Positions 27,134-36,629 of a stretch of 38,342 nucleotides of DNA are shown here, piece after piece (within the stretch, counting starts at the first letter, position 1; each line of letters starts with the position of its first letter). The position numbers were made by a program, and so were the translations under genes. Where the stretch lies: contig JAOAUD010000161.1 of the NCBI GenBank assembly GCA_030157755.1, positions 1 to 38,342 of the forward strand. The letters run 5' to 3'. This DNA is from Candidatus Nanopelagicales bacterium. GTDB taxonomy: Bacteria > Actinomycetota > Actinomycetes > S36-B12 > UBA10799. The notes beneath the pieces are model-generated. The model was not told the origin of the DNA, ran no database searches, and saw only the letters and a list, made by a program, of their open reading frames with translations.

Positions 27134-28816
27134 TCAGCTGCTGGTGGCTCCGACGAGAGCGTCTCGTGCTGCCCGCGAAGCAGTCTGGGCAGCTGGAGTG
27201 TTCCTCCAAGTGGTCCAGCCACCGTCTAGGTTCTTGGCCTTGACCCCGTGTGCGTTCAGCAGTTGTGTGGCCACGTGTGCTCGCTGGCCGACGGCGCAGT
27301 ACACGAGGTAGTCGTAGCCCCGGAGGTCCTCGATTTCAGCGCGAATCTCATCGAGCGGGGCATTAAGTGCACCGGGGATCGAGCCTTCGACGAACTCCTC
27401 TTGAGTTCGCACGTCCAAGAGCTTCCAGCCATCCTTCTGAAGCTGCTCGATCTCAGACCAGTCGGCGGAGTCCGAGAGCCCCGACAACCTGTTCTCGGCG
27501 ATGTAGCCGAGCTGATTGATTGGGTCCTTGGCAGAACCAAAAGGTGGAGCGTAGGCGAGTTCAAGGTCAATAAGATCTGTCGCCGTCAGGCCCGCTCGCA
27601 TCGCCGTCGCGATAACGTCAATCCGCTTGTCGACACCCTCGGCTCCCACGGCTTGTGCGCCAAGAATTGCTCCATCGGCTGGATCCACCAACAACTTGAT
27701 GGCAAAGGTCTGGGCGCCTGGGTAGTAGGCAGCGTGATCATTCGGGTGAGTGTGGATTGCCAGGAAGTCGCGGCCCGCAGCAAGAAGTCGTTTTTCGTTC
27801 CACCCAGTCGCCGCGGCGCTCTTGCCGAAGACCTTGACGATTGCTGTTCCTTGCGATGCGAGCACTTTTCGCGGTATCCCGGCAATGCTGTCAGCGGCTC
27901 GGCGCCCCTGCCGATTCGCGATGTTTGCAAGTGGGGTCAGCGTCGCATTTCCATCAAGCATGTCGATCTTTTCGACTGCGTCTCCGACAGCCCAAATCGC
28001 TGGGTCTTCTGTTCGTTGTTCGTCGTCGACTGCGATTCCCCCGGTTGGCCCAAGCCTCAGTCCCGCATCAGCAGCAAGGCGTCCGTCTGGGCGAACTCCA
28101 ATGGCGAAGACAACAAGATCGGCAGCGATCACTCGACCGTCGTCCAGCGTCGCGGTACCGACTTCAATCTCCGCCACCGAGTGCCCCAGTTCGACTGCCA
28201 CCCCGTGGCGGCGCAATTCGCGTTCCAACGGCTTGGCCATCTCTGGATCTAGCGGTGCGAGGAGTTGGTCCCCGAGCTCCACAAGGGTCACGTCCAGTCC
28301 CGCCTCCTTGAGGTTCTCTGCCGCTTCAAGGCCGATGAACCCCCCACCAACAACCACGACACTTTGCGCCTTGCGCACTTCGCTGACCATTCGGTCGAGA
28401 TCTTCGATGTCCCGAAGAACCAACCCTCGTTCGGCGCCGGGGATCGGCGGAACGATCGGGGCGGCCCCAGGGGAAAGGACTAGCGCGTCGTAGTGGAGTT
28501 CATAGTCGACCCCGGTAGCCAGATCCCTGACCACGAGAGTCCGTTCGTTCCGGTTGATTGCAGTCACCTCGTTGCGAACCCTGACGTCGAGGCGGAACCT
28601 CTCACGCAAGCTCTCGGGAGTCTGCAACAGCAAATCACCGCGATCGGCGATCGTTGCCGACAGGTGGTACGGCAACCCGCAGTTGGCGAAGGAGACGTAC
28701 CCGCTGCGCTCCAACACGATGATTTCCATCGACTCGCTGAGCCGACGTAGGCGGGCCGCTGCGGAGGCCCCACCAGCAACGCCACCAACGATCACAACGG
28801 TTTTGGTATCGGTCAC
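27134..28816 (-). CDS. CoA-disulfide reductase-rhodanese fusion (CoADR-RHD / persulfide reductase)
   Basis: GGVAGG, SFANCGLPY redox Cys, GGGFIGLE, GD, ANRQGR, YAPPFGSAKD; C-terminal rhodanese DVRT..E, YCAVGQRA, NLDGG. Confidence 0.92.
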   Translation of the reverse strand: MTDTKTVVIVGGVAGGASAAARLRRLSESMEIIVLERSGYVSFANCGLPYHLSATIADRGDLLLQTPESLRERFRLDVRVRNEVTAINRNERTLVVRDLATGVDYELHYDALVLSPGAAPIVPPIPGAERGLVLRDIEDLDRMVSEVRKAQSVVVVGGGFIGLEAAENLKEAGLDVTLVELGDQLLAPLDPEMAKPLERELRRHGVAVELGHSVAEIEVGTATLDDGRVIAADLVVFAIGVRPDGRLAADAGLRLGPTGGIAVDDEQRTEDPAIWAVGDAVEKIDMLDGNATLTPLANIANRQGRRAADSIAGIPRKVLASQGTAIVKVFGKSAAATGWNEKRLLAAGRDFLAIHTHPNDHAAYYPGAQTFAIKLLVDPADGAILGAQAVGAEGVDKRIDVIATAMRAGLTATDLIDLELAYAPPFGSAKDPINQLGYIAENRLSGLSDSADWSEIEQLQKDGWKLLDVRTQEEFVEGSIPGALNAPLDEIRAEIEDLRGYDYLVYCAVGQRAHVATQLLNAHGVKAKNLDGGWTTWRNTPAAQTASRAARDALVGATSS

Positions 28817-28870
28817 TGCCAGTTCTCCTGATCGCTTTCGATAATTGTCTTGAGTAGCCCGCGCCGTGCC

Positions 28871-29113
28871 TCAGGCGTGAGCGACTGGTTCGGGTGTGGG
28901 CGCTTCGTCACGTTGGACGGGACAGGTGCTGATTCCGAATAGGCGGTAGAGGGGGCAGAAGCCGACAGCAGCAGTCACCAGCATCACCACGGCCACGACG
29001 AAGAGCACGATGCCGACAACGCTCGCCGGTCCCACAAAGATCGCGACAATCACAGCAACGACTGCGATTCCTACGCGAATCAGTCGGTCAATGGAACTTT
29101 CGTTTGTCTTCAT
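28871..29113 (-). CDS. DUF2892 / YgaP-like inner membrane protein
   Basis: NESSIDRLIR, two TM helices, GFCPLYRLFGISTC; ggaggag RBS; start at 29113. Confidence 0.88.
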   Translation of the reverse strand: MKTNESSIDRLIRVGIAVVAVIVAIFVGPASVVGIVLFVVAVVMLVTAAVGFCPLYRLFGISTCPVQRDEAPTPEPVAHA

Positions 29114-29179
29114 GACTTCTCCTCCGTCTTGCGCAACGTTCGCGGATGCACACCTTTGGATGTGCGCCCTGTGTACTAT

Positions 29180-29212
29180 TTGACTATACCCCCCGGGGTA
29201 TATTAGTTTCAA
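29180..29212. promoter_or_regulatory. CsoR/RcnR/CstR-type operator TATACCCCCCGGGGTATA (29185-29202) within overlapping divergent promoters
   Basis: Plus strand: TTGACT(29180-85)-18nt-TAGTTT(29204-09). Minus strand: TTGAAA(29212-07)-18nt-TATAGT(29188-83). C/G-tract palindrome typical of the CsoR family. Confidence 0.85.
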
Positions 29213-29248
29213 CGGTAGTAGGACATCGGTTAGTCGTGGAGGTAAGAG

Positions 29249-29413
29249 ATGTGCAGTCCAGCAACGTGTCGTGAGTGTGGAAAGGCCAGCTACACCGGGT
29301 GCGGTTCCCACGTGGAACAGGTTCTTGGTGGTGTACCCGCAGATCAGCGATGCTCCTGTGACTCGTCGAGCAGCCAGAGTCCTCAGAGTTACGCCACCTG
29401 GTTACCCCGCTGA
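29249..29413 (+). CDS. 54-aa Cys-rich mini-protein (6 Cys + His), paralog A; not in the ORF track
   Basis: ggagg RBS; MCSPATCRECGKASYTGCGSHVEQVLGGVPADQRCSCDSSSSQSPQSYATWLPR*; 24/39 N-terminal residues identical to paralog B. Confidence 0.88.
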   Translation: MCSPATCRECGKASYTGCGSHVEQVLGGVPADQRCSCDSSSSQSPQSYATWLPR

Positions 29414-29707
<294 letters not shown>

Positions 29708-29765
29708 TTACTGCGTGGGATATGCGAAACGGCTTGGTCGTAGTCAAGTCGTACGCAAGCGGGGC

Positions 29766-29930
29766 CTACTTCTTCGAACCCCAGCCGAACATCGTGCGCT
29801 TGGCTGGTTTACCTGAATCGCACTTACATCGCTCGCGTGATGGAACTCCCCGCATCACGTCGTTGACGTGTTGCCCGCAGCCCGCGTAGGTCGTATTTCC
29901 GCAAGTTCTGCAGGTGGCTGGTCGGCACAT
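29766..29930 (-). CDS. 54-aa Cys-rich mini-protein (6 Cys + His), paralog B; not in the ORF track
   Basis: gggaga RBS; MCRPATCRTCGNTTYAGCGQHVNDVMRGVPSRERCKCDSGKPAKRTMFGWGSKK*. Confidence 0.88.
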   Translation of the reverse strand: MCRPATCRTCGNTTYAGCGQHVNDVMRGVPSRERCKCDSGKPAKRTMFGWGSKK

Positions 29931-29970
29931 GATGTGTTCTCCCGTGGGCTCGTGTGGTTTTGGTTTCCTT

Positions 29971-30000
29971 AGCCTACCTGATACCCCCCGGGGTATCCAA
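29971..30000 (-). promoter_or_regulatory. Second CsoR-type operator GATACCCCCCGGGGTATC (29980-29997) in the promoter of paralog B and the repressor
   Basis: 16-bp core identical to 29186-29201; minus-strand TTGGAT(30000-29995)-18nt-TAGGCT(29976-71). Confidence 0.85.
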
Positions 30001-30029
30001 ATATCAGCAGGCTTCTGCCCGGTGGAAAT

Positions 30030-30530
30030 CTAGTGCGCAGCCTTGAGGAGCAAGATCACCACGCCAAGTGCCATGCCTGCTACCCCACTCACGATTGCCC
30101 CACGCACTCCAAGTCCGCCGCGGTACCCGGCCAAGAACCCATAGATGGCGAGTAGCGCAATCGACGCGCTGAGCGCGATTGTTGCGGCGGCTTGAAGTTC
30201 CGCGCCGAAGAGTTCGGCTACAAGCAGGATGCTCAACGGCACCAAAGAAACGACCGCTAGCGGCGCGCTGTGAATCAACCCAGCACGAAGCGCCGAACGC
30301 AGGGGCACCTGTTGCGCTACCGCATGGCCAATGGTCGATGCATGGACGTGGGCAAGCCAATACACAATGACGGTACCGATGATCGAAATGCACAACTGGG
30401 CCGTCGAAGTGGACAAGCCTGCCGCAGCCGCAATGACTGCCGCGCAGACCACGGTCCCGGTGATGATTCCCTCAGCACCGCGATAGAGCCTGAAGCGGTC
30501 TGGACTCGCTCCAGCTGGCTTCGTGCTCAT
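30030..30530 (-). CDS. Hypothetical integral membrane protein translationally coupled to the arylsulfatase
   Basis: Several hydrophobic helices, YWLAHVHA; ATGA overlap with the sulfatase stop. Confidence 0.75.
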   Translation of the reverse strand: MSTKPAGASPDRFRLYRGAEGIITGTVVCAAVIAAAAGLSTSTAQLCISIIGTVIVYWLAHVHASTIGHAVAQQVPLRSALRAGLIHSAPLAVVSLVPLSILLVAELFGAELQAAATIALSASIALLAIYGFLAGYRGGLGVRGAIVSGVAGMALGVVILLLKAAH

Positions 30531-32884
30531 TGCCGGGCCATTGCGATTCTGAACTGCTCCTCGGGCGGCACCTGATGTTCCGGGTTCAGTGCATCAGGAC
30601 CCAAGTCGATCTGGACCCACTGGATCTCACCAGTGAACCCGTTCCCCTCCGGCCCGTAGTCATCGCTGACTGGAGTCGCCAGGTCCTCACCCACGTCCAT
30701 AGTTTCGTCCGGACTGAAGATCATTGGAACCGTCTGTTCGAGTCGAGTCGACGCGAGCTCTTCACCTTCGATGAACAGGCGCAGGAGACCTCCCTTGCCC
30801 AGGCCGCCGCCGTCGTATTCGAATTCAGCGCGAAGTTCGCGCGCGCCGGCAGGTACAGCATCCGGCGCCTGCACCTTGATGCGAGCAACTCCCAAAAGGT
30901 TGTAACAGAACGTCAGCCGTCCCTCGACGAGATACATGCTCCAGCCACCGAAAGCGCCGCCCTGAGCGATGATGACTCCATCGGCGCCGTTGTCCGGAAT
31001 CTCAACTCGGGCCGTGACGGCAAACGACTTGTTCTTCACGTTCAGCACTGTGTTCTCTGGCAGGCGCCCCATCCCTGGGTAGAGCCGCTGACTGTTCCCC
31101 TTGATCAGGGTCGGCCTCCCAGCGATCTCGGGAAGGAAACGTTCGACGCGTCGGTCGTCCAGAGGCAAGACGTTGTACCTCACCGCTTCAATGAGGAAGA
31201 GGCGTTGCAGCTCGCGGAGCTTCTCCGGCATCTCAGACGCCAGGTCATTCGCCTGCGTCCAATCATCGGGGGCGTATAGCTCCCAGACATCGTCATCAAT
31301 CGCGGGAAGCGGCTCCACGACCCACGGGGTGCTGTGGCGGGTAACCGCCGTCCACCCCTTGTAGTAGATGCCACGGTTGACGAAGCACTCGAAGTACTGC
31401 AGGTCGTGGCGCTCGGGTTCGTCGGGAGCGTTAAACGAATACGTCATCGCCGTTCCGTGCAATGGCATCTGCTGAGCGCCGTTGACGAAGCTTGGCGCCG
31501 GCAGTCCAGCCGCCTCAAGAATGGTCGGAGCGATGTCAATGACGTGATGGAACTGCGTGCGAGTTCCCTTCGACTTAATGCCACGCGGCCATCGAACAAT
31601 CGTTCCGTTGCGCGTACCACCCCAGTGCGAGGCGACTTGTTTCGTCCACTTGTAGGGCGTGCCCGTCGCGTGGGCCCAGCCAACGGAGTAGTGGTTGTAC
31701 GCGGTCGGTCCGCCAAATTCGTCTATCTTCGACGCGAGGAACTCCGGCGTTTCGAGGGCGGCAGCACCGTTGAAGACGAAGCCCTCGTTGAAGCTCCCAT
31801 TCACGGTTCCTTCGCCTGAAGCCCCGTTGTCGCCCACGATGAAGAAGACGAGAGTGTCGTCAAGGACGCCAAGATCATCGATCGCCTGGATGACACGGCC
31901 AGTGTGGTAGTCGGTGTGTTCCAGGAAGCCGGCAAACACCTCCATCTGGCGCGCGAGTACCGGCTTCAACTCCTCTGGCATATCTGCCCATGCCGGTATC
32001 TCTTCAGGCCGTTCTGTTAGCTCGGCATCAGCGGGTATCACGCCCAACTCTTTCTGACGCGCGATCGTGCGTTCCCTCAACGCATCCCAACCGTCATCGA
32101 ACTCGCCCTTGTAACGCTCGGCCCACCCTGGCGGAACTTGATGCGGCGCATGTGCGGCGCCCGGTGCGAAGTACATGAAGAATGGCTTATCGGCAGCTAG
32201 CGCCTTCTGCTTGCGCACCCAGGCAATCGCCTTGTCCGCAATGTCTTCAGTGAGGTGGTAGCCCTCCTCTGGTGTCTTACTCGGCTCGATCGGAGTGGTG
32301 CCTTCGAACAGGGCGGGATAAAACTGATTCGTCTCGCCTCCGATGAACCCGTAGAAATGCTCAAATCCGCCGCCGCCTGTCGGCCACGCGTCGAACGGGC
32401 CCACCGGGCTTGCCTGCCAGGCCGGCACCTCGTGACACTTGCCAAATTGCGCCGTTGAGTAGCCGTTAAGTTTCAGGACTTCCGCAATCGGTGCAGCTGA
32501 CTTAGGCCGCACCGAGTTGTACCCCGGCGCAGACGTCGCTACCTCGGTCACGGCACCCATGCCGACCGAGTGATGGTTGCGACCGGTGAGCAGGGCTGCG
32601 CGGGTCGGCGCACACAACGATGTCGTGTGGAAGCGCGTATACCTAAGGCCCTCGTTTGCGAGACGATCCGCGGTTGGCGTGCGAACCGGTCCCCCAAAGG
32701 CGCTGGAGACACCAAATCCCAGATCATCAAGCAGGACGATCAACACGTTGGGCGCCGTCCCGGGCGGGCGTATCTCCTCGATCGGAGGGAACTGCGCATC
32801 CGGTTCCTTCGCGTCGTAGGGGACGTACCCGGTGTACGGACGGTCGGGTACCGGCAAGACAGTTCGTTGGGCGTGATCATCCAT
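30527..32884 (-). CDS. Arylsulfatase (Cys-type, AtsA/AtsD-like) with C-terminal beta-sandwich extension
   Basis: PNVLIVLLDDLG, LCAPTRAALLTG (CxPxR), GKCH, AHAPHQ, GDNG; start taken at MDDHAQR (32884), uncertain. Confidence 0.92.
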   Translation of the reverse strand: MDDHAQRTVLPVPDRPYTGYVPYDAKEPDAQFPPIEEIRPPGTAPNVLIVLLDDLGFGVSSAFGGPVRTPTADRLANEGLRYTRFHTTSLCAPTRAALLTGRNHHSVGMGAVTEVATSAPGYNSVRPKSAAPIAEVLKLNGYSTAQFGKCHEVPAWQASPVGPFDAWPTGGGGFEHFYGFIGGETNQFYPALFEGTTPIEPSKTPEEGYHLTEDIADKAIAWVRKQKALAADKPFFMYFAPGAAHAPHQVPPGWAERYKGEFDDGWDALRERTIARQKELGVIPADAELTERPEEIPAWADMPEELKPVLARQMEVFAGFLEHTDYHTGRVIQAIDDLGVLDDTLVFFIVGDNGASGEGTVNGSFNEGFVFNGAAALETPEFLASKIDEFGGPTAYNHYSVGWAHATGTPYKWTKQVASHWGGTRNGTIVRWPRGIKSKGTRTQFHHVIDIAPTILEAAGLPAPSFVNGAQQMPLHGTAMTYSFNAPDEPERHDLQYFECFVNRGIYYKGWTAVTRHSTPWVVEPLPAIDDDVWELYAPDDWTQANDLASEMPEKLRELQRLFLIEAVRYNVLPLDDRRVERFLPEIAGRPTLIKGNSQRLYPGMGRLPENTVLNVKNKSFAVTARVEIPDNGADGVIIAQGGAFGGWSMYLVEGRLTFCYNLLGVARIKVQAPDAVPAGARELRAEFEYDGGGLGKGGLLRLFIEGEELASTRLEQTVPMIFSPDETMDVGEDLATPVSDDYGPEGNGFTGEIQWVQIDLGPDALNPEHQVPPEEQFRIAMARQ

Positions 32885-33038
32885 CCGGGCACTGTACAAA
32901 CCTGAAACCTCCGGCACGCGCATGCCCGCCCAACGCAACGGCACGAACCGGTGCGCAGTCGGTGATGTTCCTTCGCGCCTATCTCCACTTCACGAGGTGG
33001 ACAATGGAGGTGGACCGCATCGACGTTGGGAGATCCTC

Positions 33039-33800
33039 ATGGACACAACCCGCCACACCGGAAAGAAAGTAATCGTCACTGGCGCCGGTAACGGCATCGG
33101 CCGCGCGACAGTTCTGCGGCTAGCGCGCGAGGGGGCGAACGTCGTCGGGTGCGATGTCAACGAAGCCGCGTTGACTGAAACTGCTGGCGTTCTTGAAGCA
33201 GAGGGCCTGACTGTTGCGCTGATCCCAGCCGACGTGACCGTTCAAGCGGACGTTGACGCGTTAATCGCCGCGGCCGGATCCGACTTGGGAATCGTGGCGA
33301 ATGTCGCCGGGATCATGGACCACTTCCTGCCGCTGGGCGAGATGACCGACGATATGTGGAATCGAGTCATGGACGTCAACGTGACGGGCGTGATGCGACT
33401 ATCGCGGGCCGCGATTCCAGTATTCGAGGCAAAAGGCGCAGGGGTGTTCGTCACGGTCGGTTCGAGGGCCTCATTGGGCGGTGGCGCGGCGGGGACCGCG
33501 TATGCAACGTCGAAGCACGCAGTCATCGGACTCGTGCAGAGCATCGCCTATCTGTACGGGCCGAAGGGGATTCGATCGAACGCGGTACTTCCCGGCGCCG
33601 TCGCCACAGCTATCTCATCAAGTGCGATGCCAGATGTTCCGTGGGCATTTGACCGCGCGATGCAGGCAATGGCATCGGCCGGTGCGAAGGTCGCGGAGCC
33701 CGATGAAGTCGCTGCTGCAATCTCGTGGTTGGCATCAAGTGAGGCATCAAACGTCAACGGCGCGATCATGACGGTGGACAACGGCTGGGCCTCGGCGTAG
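33039..33800 (+). CDS. Short-chain dehydrogenase/reductase (SDR)
   Basis: TGAGNGIG, NVAG, YATSK, PG, VNGAIMTVDNG; gggag RBS. Confidence 0.92.
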   Translation: MDTTRHTGKKVIVTGAGNGIGRATVLRLAREGANVVGCDVNEAALTETAGVLEAEGLTVALIPADVTVQADVDALIAAAGSDLGIVANVAGIMDHFLPLGEMTDDMWNRVMDVNVTGVMRLSRAAIPVFEAKGAGVFVTVGSRASLGGGAAGTAYATSKHAVIGLVQSIAYLYGPKGIRSNAVLPGAVATAISSSAMPDVPWAFDRAMQAMASAGAKVAEPDEVAAAISWLASSEASNVNGAIMTVDNGWASA

Positions 33801-33839
33801 GCCTCAGCGATTTCAGTGAGTCCGTGATTGACCCCGCGG

Positions 33840-34499
33840 CTATTGGGCGAGCATCGCCTTCATTGTCGCGATTTCGGTTGTCTGGCCGTCAATGATTGCT
33901 TGCGCGACTGCCTTGACCTGCGCGTTCTCGCCCATGGCCAGTTCCTGTTGAGCCATGGTGATCGCCCCTTGATGGTGGTCAATCATCATGGTCAACCACA
34001 TCTTGTCGAACGCCGCACCATTCTTTGATTCGAGATCCGCCATTTGTTTGTCCGTCATCATTCCGGGCATCGGAGAGGACGAGGACGATGGCGCAGCGCC
34101 GTGGTCCATTCCAGACATCCCGTGACCGCTCGCTGCAGACTCCGATCCAGCTGACGCAGACGGTTGGCCCTCATTCCACTCATCCAGCCACGTCTGCATC
34201 TTTGCAATCTCGGGCCCCTGCGCTGCTTCGATCTGGGCGGCGAGTGCCGTCACCTTTGCGTTGTTCGTGTGACTCGGCACCATTTGCGCCATGTCGATTG
34301 CTTGCTGGTGATGCGCGATCATGTCGGTGAGGAATGCCATGTCCTGGGCGTTGTGGCCGTTGATGACAACGCCAGCCGAACTTGAAGCTGACGGCGAGGA
34401 ACTGGCCGAACTTGAGCAGGCCGCCGTCCCGGCCAACGCGATCGTCAGGATTGCTGCCCCGGCGGTGTAGCGGACGAAGCGTGAGGTGGGCATCGACAT
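33840..34499 (-). CDS. DUF305 (CopM-like) Met/His-rich lipoprotein
   Basis: Lipobox TAAC; MIAHHQQAIDMA and MIDHHQGAITMA double-His motifs; GHGMSGMDHG. Confidence 0.9.
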   Translation of the reverse strand: MSMPTSRFVRYTAGAAILTIALAGTAACSSSASSSPSASSSAGVVINGHNAQDMAFLTDMIAHHQQAIDMAQMVPSHTNNAKVTALAAQIEAAQGPEIAKMQTWLDEWNEGQPSASAGSESAASGHGMSGMDHGAAPSSSSSPMPGMMTDKQMADLESKNGAAFDKMWLTMMIDHHQGAITMAQQELAMGENAQVKAVAQAIIDGQTTEIATMKAMLAQ

Positions 34500-34584
34500 T
34501 GGGTGCCTTTCCGAGTTGGTGAAGGTAGCGAATTCTCGGCCAGTCTGTGGGTCACCCAGCCCTTGGTCAACCACCTGAAACGGG

Positions 34585-34603
34585 TCTTCATGGAACCTTC
34601 ATC
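34585..34603. promoter_or_regulatory. OmpR-type (CopR-like) direct-repeat binding site
   Basis: tCTTCAtggaacCTTCAtc, 11-bp period, between divergent DUF305 and multicopper oxidase genes; matched at 36243. Confidence 0.65.
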
Positions 34604-34676
34604 GTTTTCCCAGGTGGTTCTTCAAGGGACACAACGAGAGTGAGGGCTCGAGCAGCAGTTCAGAACGGAGACCTTC

Positions 34677-36212
34677 ATGCGTAAGCGAATCATGGGCCTT
34701 TTCACGGTCTTCGCAGTCGGAATTCTGGGCCTCGCCGGGATAGGAGTCGCCACCGCGCTGCGCGCGACTACGAACAACTCCGTCGTGGATCCCCATGACT
34801 CGTTGATCCCCGAAACCGAACAAGCCAGAAAGACTGCGGATGCGACAACACGGAACATAACGCTCGTTGCGGCACCGACCACGGTCTTGATCGGTGGCAG
34901 AACCGTCTCGACCTGGGCCTTCAACGGCCAGGTGCCGGGGCCGGAAATCCGGGCGCAAGTTGGCGACGTGGTCCGCGCAGAGGTAGTTAATGATCTGCCG
35001 GAACCCTTAACGGTTCATTGGCATGGGATCGCGATACGCAATGACATGGACGGTGTTCCCCAGCTGAACCAAGAAGCCATTGCCCCCGGGGCTCGATTCG
35101 TCTACGAGTTCGTGGTCTCCCACGAAGGGAGCTACTTCTACCATTCCCATGTCGGAGTCCAACTGGACCGCGGTTTGTACGGTCCGCTGACTATCACGTC
35201 GAAATCAACGACCGGACCACGCGACATCCCAATCCTTCTGGATGATTGGACCGATGGAGTAGGACGTACGCCAGACCAGCAGCTCGCGCAACTCCAATCC
35301 GGGAGTACCGGCGCTGGCTCACCCAATTCTGGTCAAACAGGCATGTCGGGAATGCACCACGGGTCAATGATTCACGGCGGGATGAGCGGTGCCGCGAACG
35401 CTTCTCAACCACTCGGCGCAGACACCGTTGATATCGACTATCCGATGTACTTGATCAATGGGAGATCCTCAGCTGATCCAGCAGTGATCGACGCAGCGCC
35501 TGGCGAGCAGGTACGCCTGCGCCTGATCAATGCGGCAGCTAGCACGCCATTTCGAATCGCGGCGAGCGGTGGAGCAATGACGGTCGTGGCCAGTGACGGA
35601 TACGAACTACATGCGTTACCAGCGAAAACCTTGGTCATCGGCATGGGCGAGCGCTACGACGTTTTGGTTCGCGCACCGCGCACAGGGTCAATGTCCTTGG
35701 TCGCTCAAGTGGAAGGAAAGCGTGCCTCGGTTTCGGCGATGCTTCGCGCTCCGAAAGTGGGTTCGCAATCAACAATGGAACCGCCCGCTGACCTCACCCA
35801 AGATCCGGTTTCTTTGGGCGACCTCCACGCGAACCCGGAATCCTCGCTTCCTGTGAGGCCCGCTGACCAAACCTTCGATGTCACGTTGAATGGCGCAATG
35901 ATGGGCTACGAATGGGGCATCGCTGCACCAAGCGTTGGTGGGGTCTCAATACCCGTGCGCGAGGGCCAACGAATCCGCATGAAGGTCACGAACAACACCA
36001 TGATGTGGCATCCAGTACACCTCCACGGCCATACCTTCCAAGTCGTTAATCTGAACCACGATGGACCACGTAAGGACACCATCGCAATCGCGCCCATGGA
36101 TTCAATAACGATCGAGTTTGACGCTGACAATCCAGGCCAATGGATGCTGCATTGCCACAACATCTATCACGCGGAGTCCGGAATGATGACCACCTTCAAC
36201 TACCTCAAGTAG
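34677..36212 (+). CDS. Multicopper oxidase (CopO/MmcO/CueO-like)
   Basis: HWHG, YHSH, HPVHLHGH, HCHNIYHAESGM; Met/His-rich insert. Confidence 0.93.
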   Translation: MRKRIMGLFTVFAVGILGLAGIGVATALRATTNNSVVDPHDSLIPETEQARKTADATTRNITLVAAPTTVLIGGRTVSTWAFNGQVPGPEIRAQVGDVVRAEVVNDLPEPLTVHWHGIAIRNDMDGVPQLNQEAIAPGARFVYEFVVSHEGSYFYHSHVGVQLDRGLYGPLTITSKSTTGPRDIPILLDDWTDGVGRTPDQQLAQLQSGSTGAGSPNSGQTGMSGMHHGSMIHGGMSGAANASQPLGADTVDIDYPMYLINGRSSADPAVIDAAPGEQVRLRLINAAASTPFRIAASGGAMTVVASDGYELHALPAKTLVIGMGERYDVLVRAPRTGSMSLVAQVEGKRASVSAMLRAPKVGSQSTMEPPADLTQDPVSLGDLHANPESSLPVRPADQTFDVTLNGAMMGYEWGIAAPSVGGVSIPVREGQRIRMKVTNNTMMWHPVHLHGHTFQVVNLNHDGPRKDTIAIAPMDSITIEFDADNPGQWMLHCHNIYHAESGMMTTFNYLK

Positions 36213-36242
36213 TCGCGATCGGCGAGCCAAACAACTCACGGA

Positions 36243-36261
36243 TCTTCACCGAAACTTCATC
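36243..36261. promoter_or_regulatory. Second OmpR-type (CopR-like) direct-repeat site
   Basis: tCTTCAccgaaaCTTCAtc, 11-bp period, upstream of the SHOCT gene and two-component genes. Confidence 0.65.
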
Positions 36262-36327
36262 AGACTGCGCCCGTACGAATACAGACTGAAGCGATGATCG
36301 AACTAACGACAACTGAAGGAGACCACC

Positions 36328-36567
36328 ATGATGGGTTGGTACAACCAGGGCGGCGGGAATCTATGGATGCTACTTATGCCAGTCATATGGATCATGTTGG
36401 TTGGCGCGGCCGTGTGGGTCGTCGTAGCCCTCACAAGATCAACACCGCAACAAGGTCGGGAGCACGTCGACACGCCAGATGAGATCCTGCGCCGCCGACT
36501 GGCCGCCGGTGAGTTGACCACTGAGGAGTACGTTCGAACACGAGATCTACTCCACAACCTTCCGTAG
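36328..36567 (+). CDS. Small SHOCT-domain membrane protein
   Basis: aaggaga RBS; MMGW..TM; EILRRRLAAGELTTEEY. Confidence 0.85.
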   Translation: MMGWYNQGGGNLWMLLMPVIWIMLVGAAVWVVVALTRSTPQQGREHVDTPDEILRRRLAAGELTTEEYVRTRDLLHNLP

Positions 36568-36629
36568 GTCGCTGTCGGCGCCAGAAGATGTTCAGACCGC
36601 GGGAGTCAGCTTGAGTGAGAGGAGTGTGC

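Noticed and set aside
27248-28252. 334-aa antisense ORF
   Set aside because: Shadow of CoADR-RHD; no motifs
29114-29311. N-terminal extension of the DUF2892 ORF to 146 aa
   Set aside because: Runs through the operator/promoter; a strong RBS supports the 29113 start
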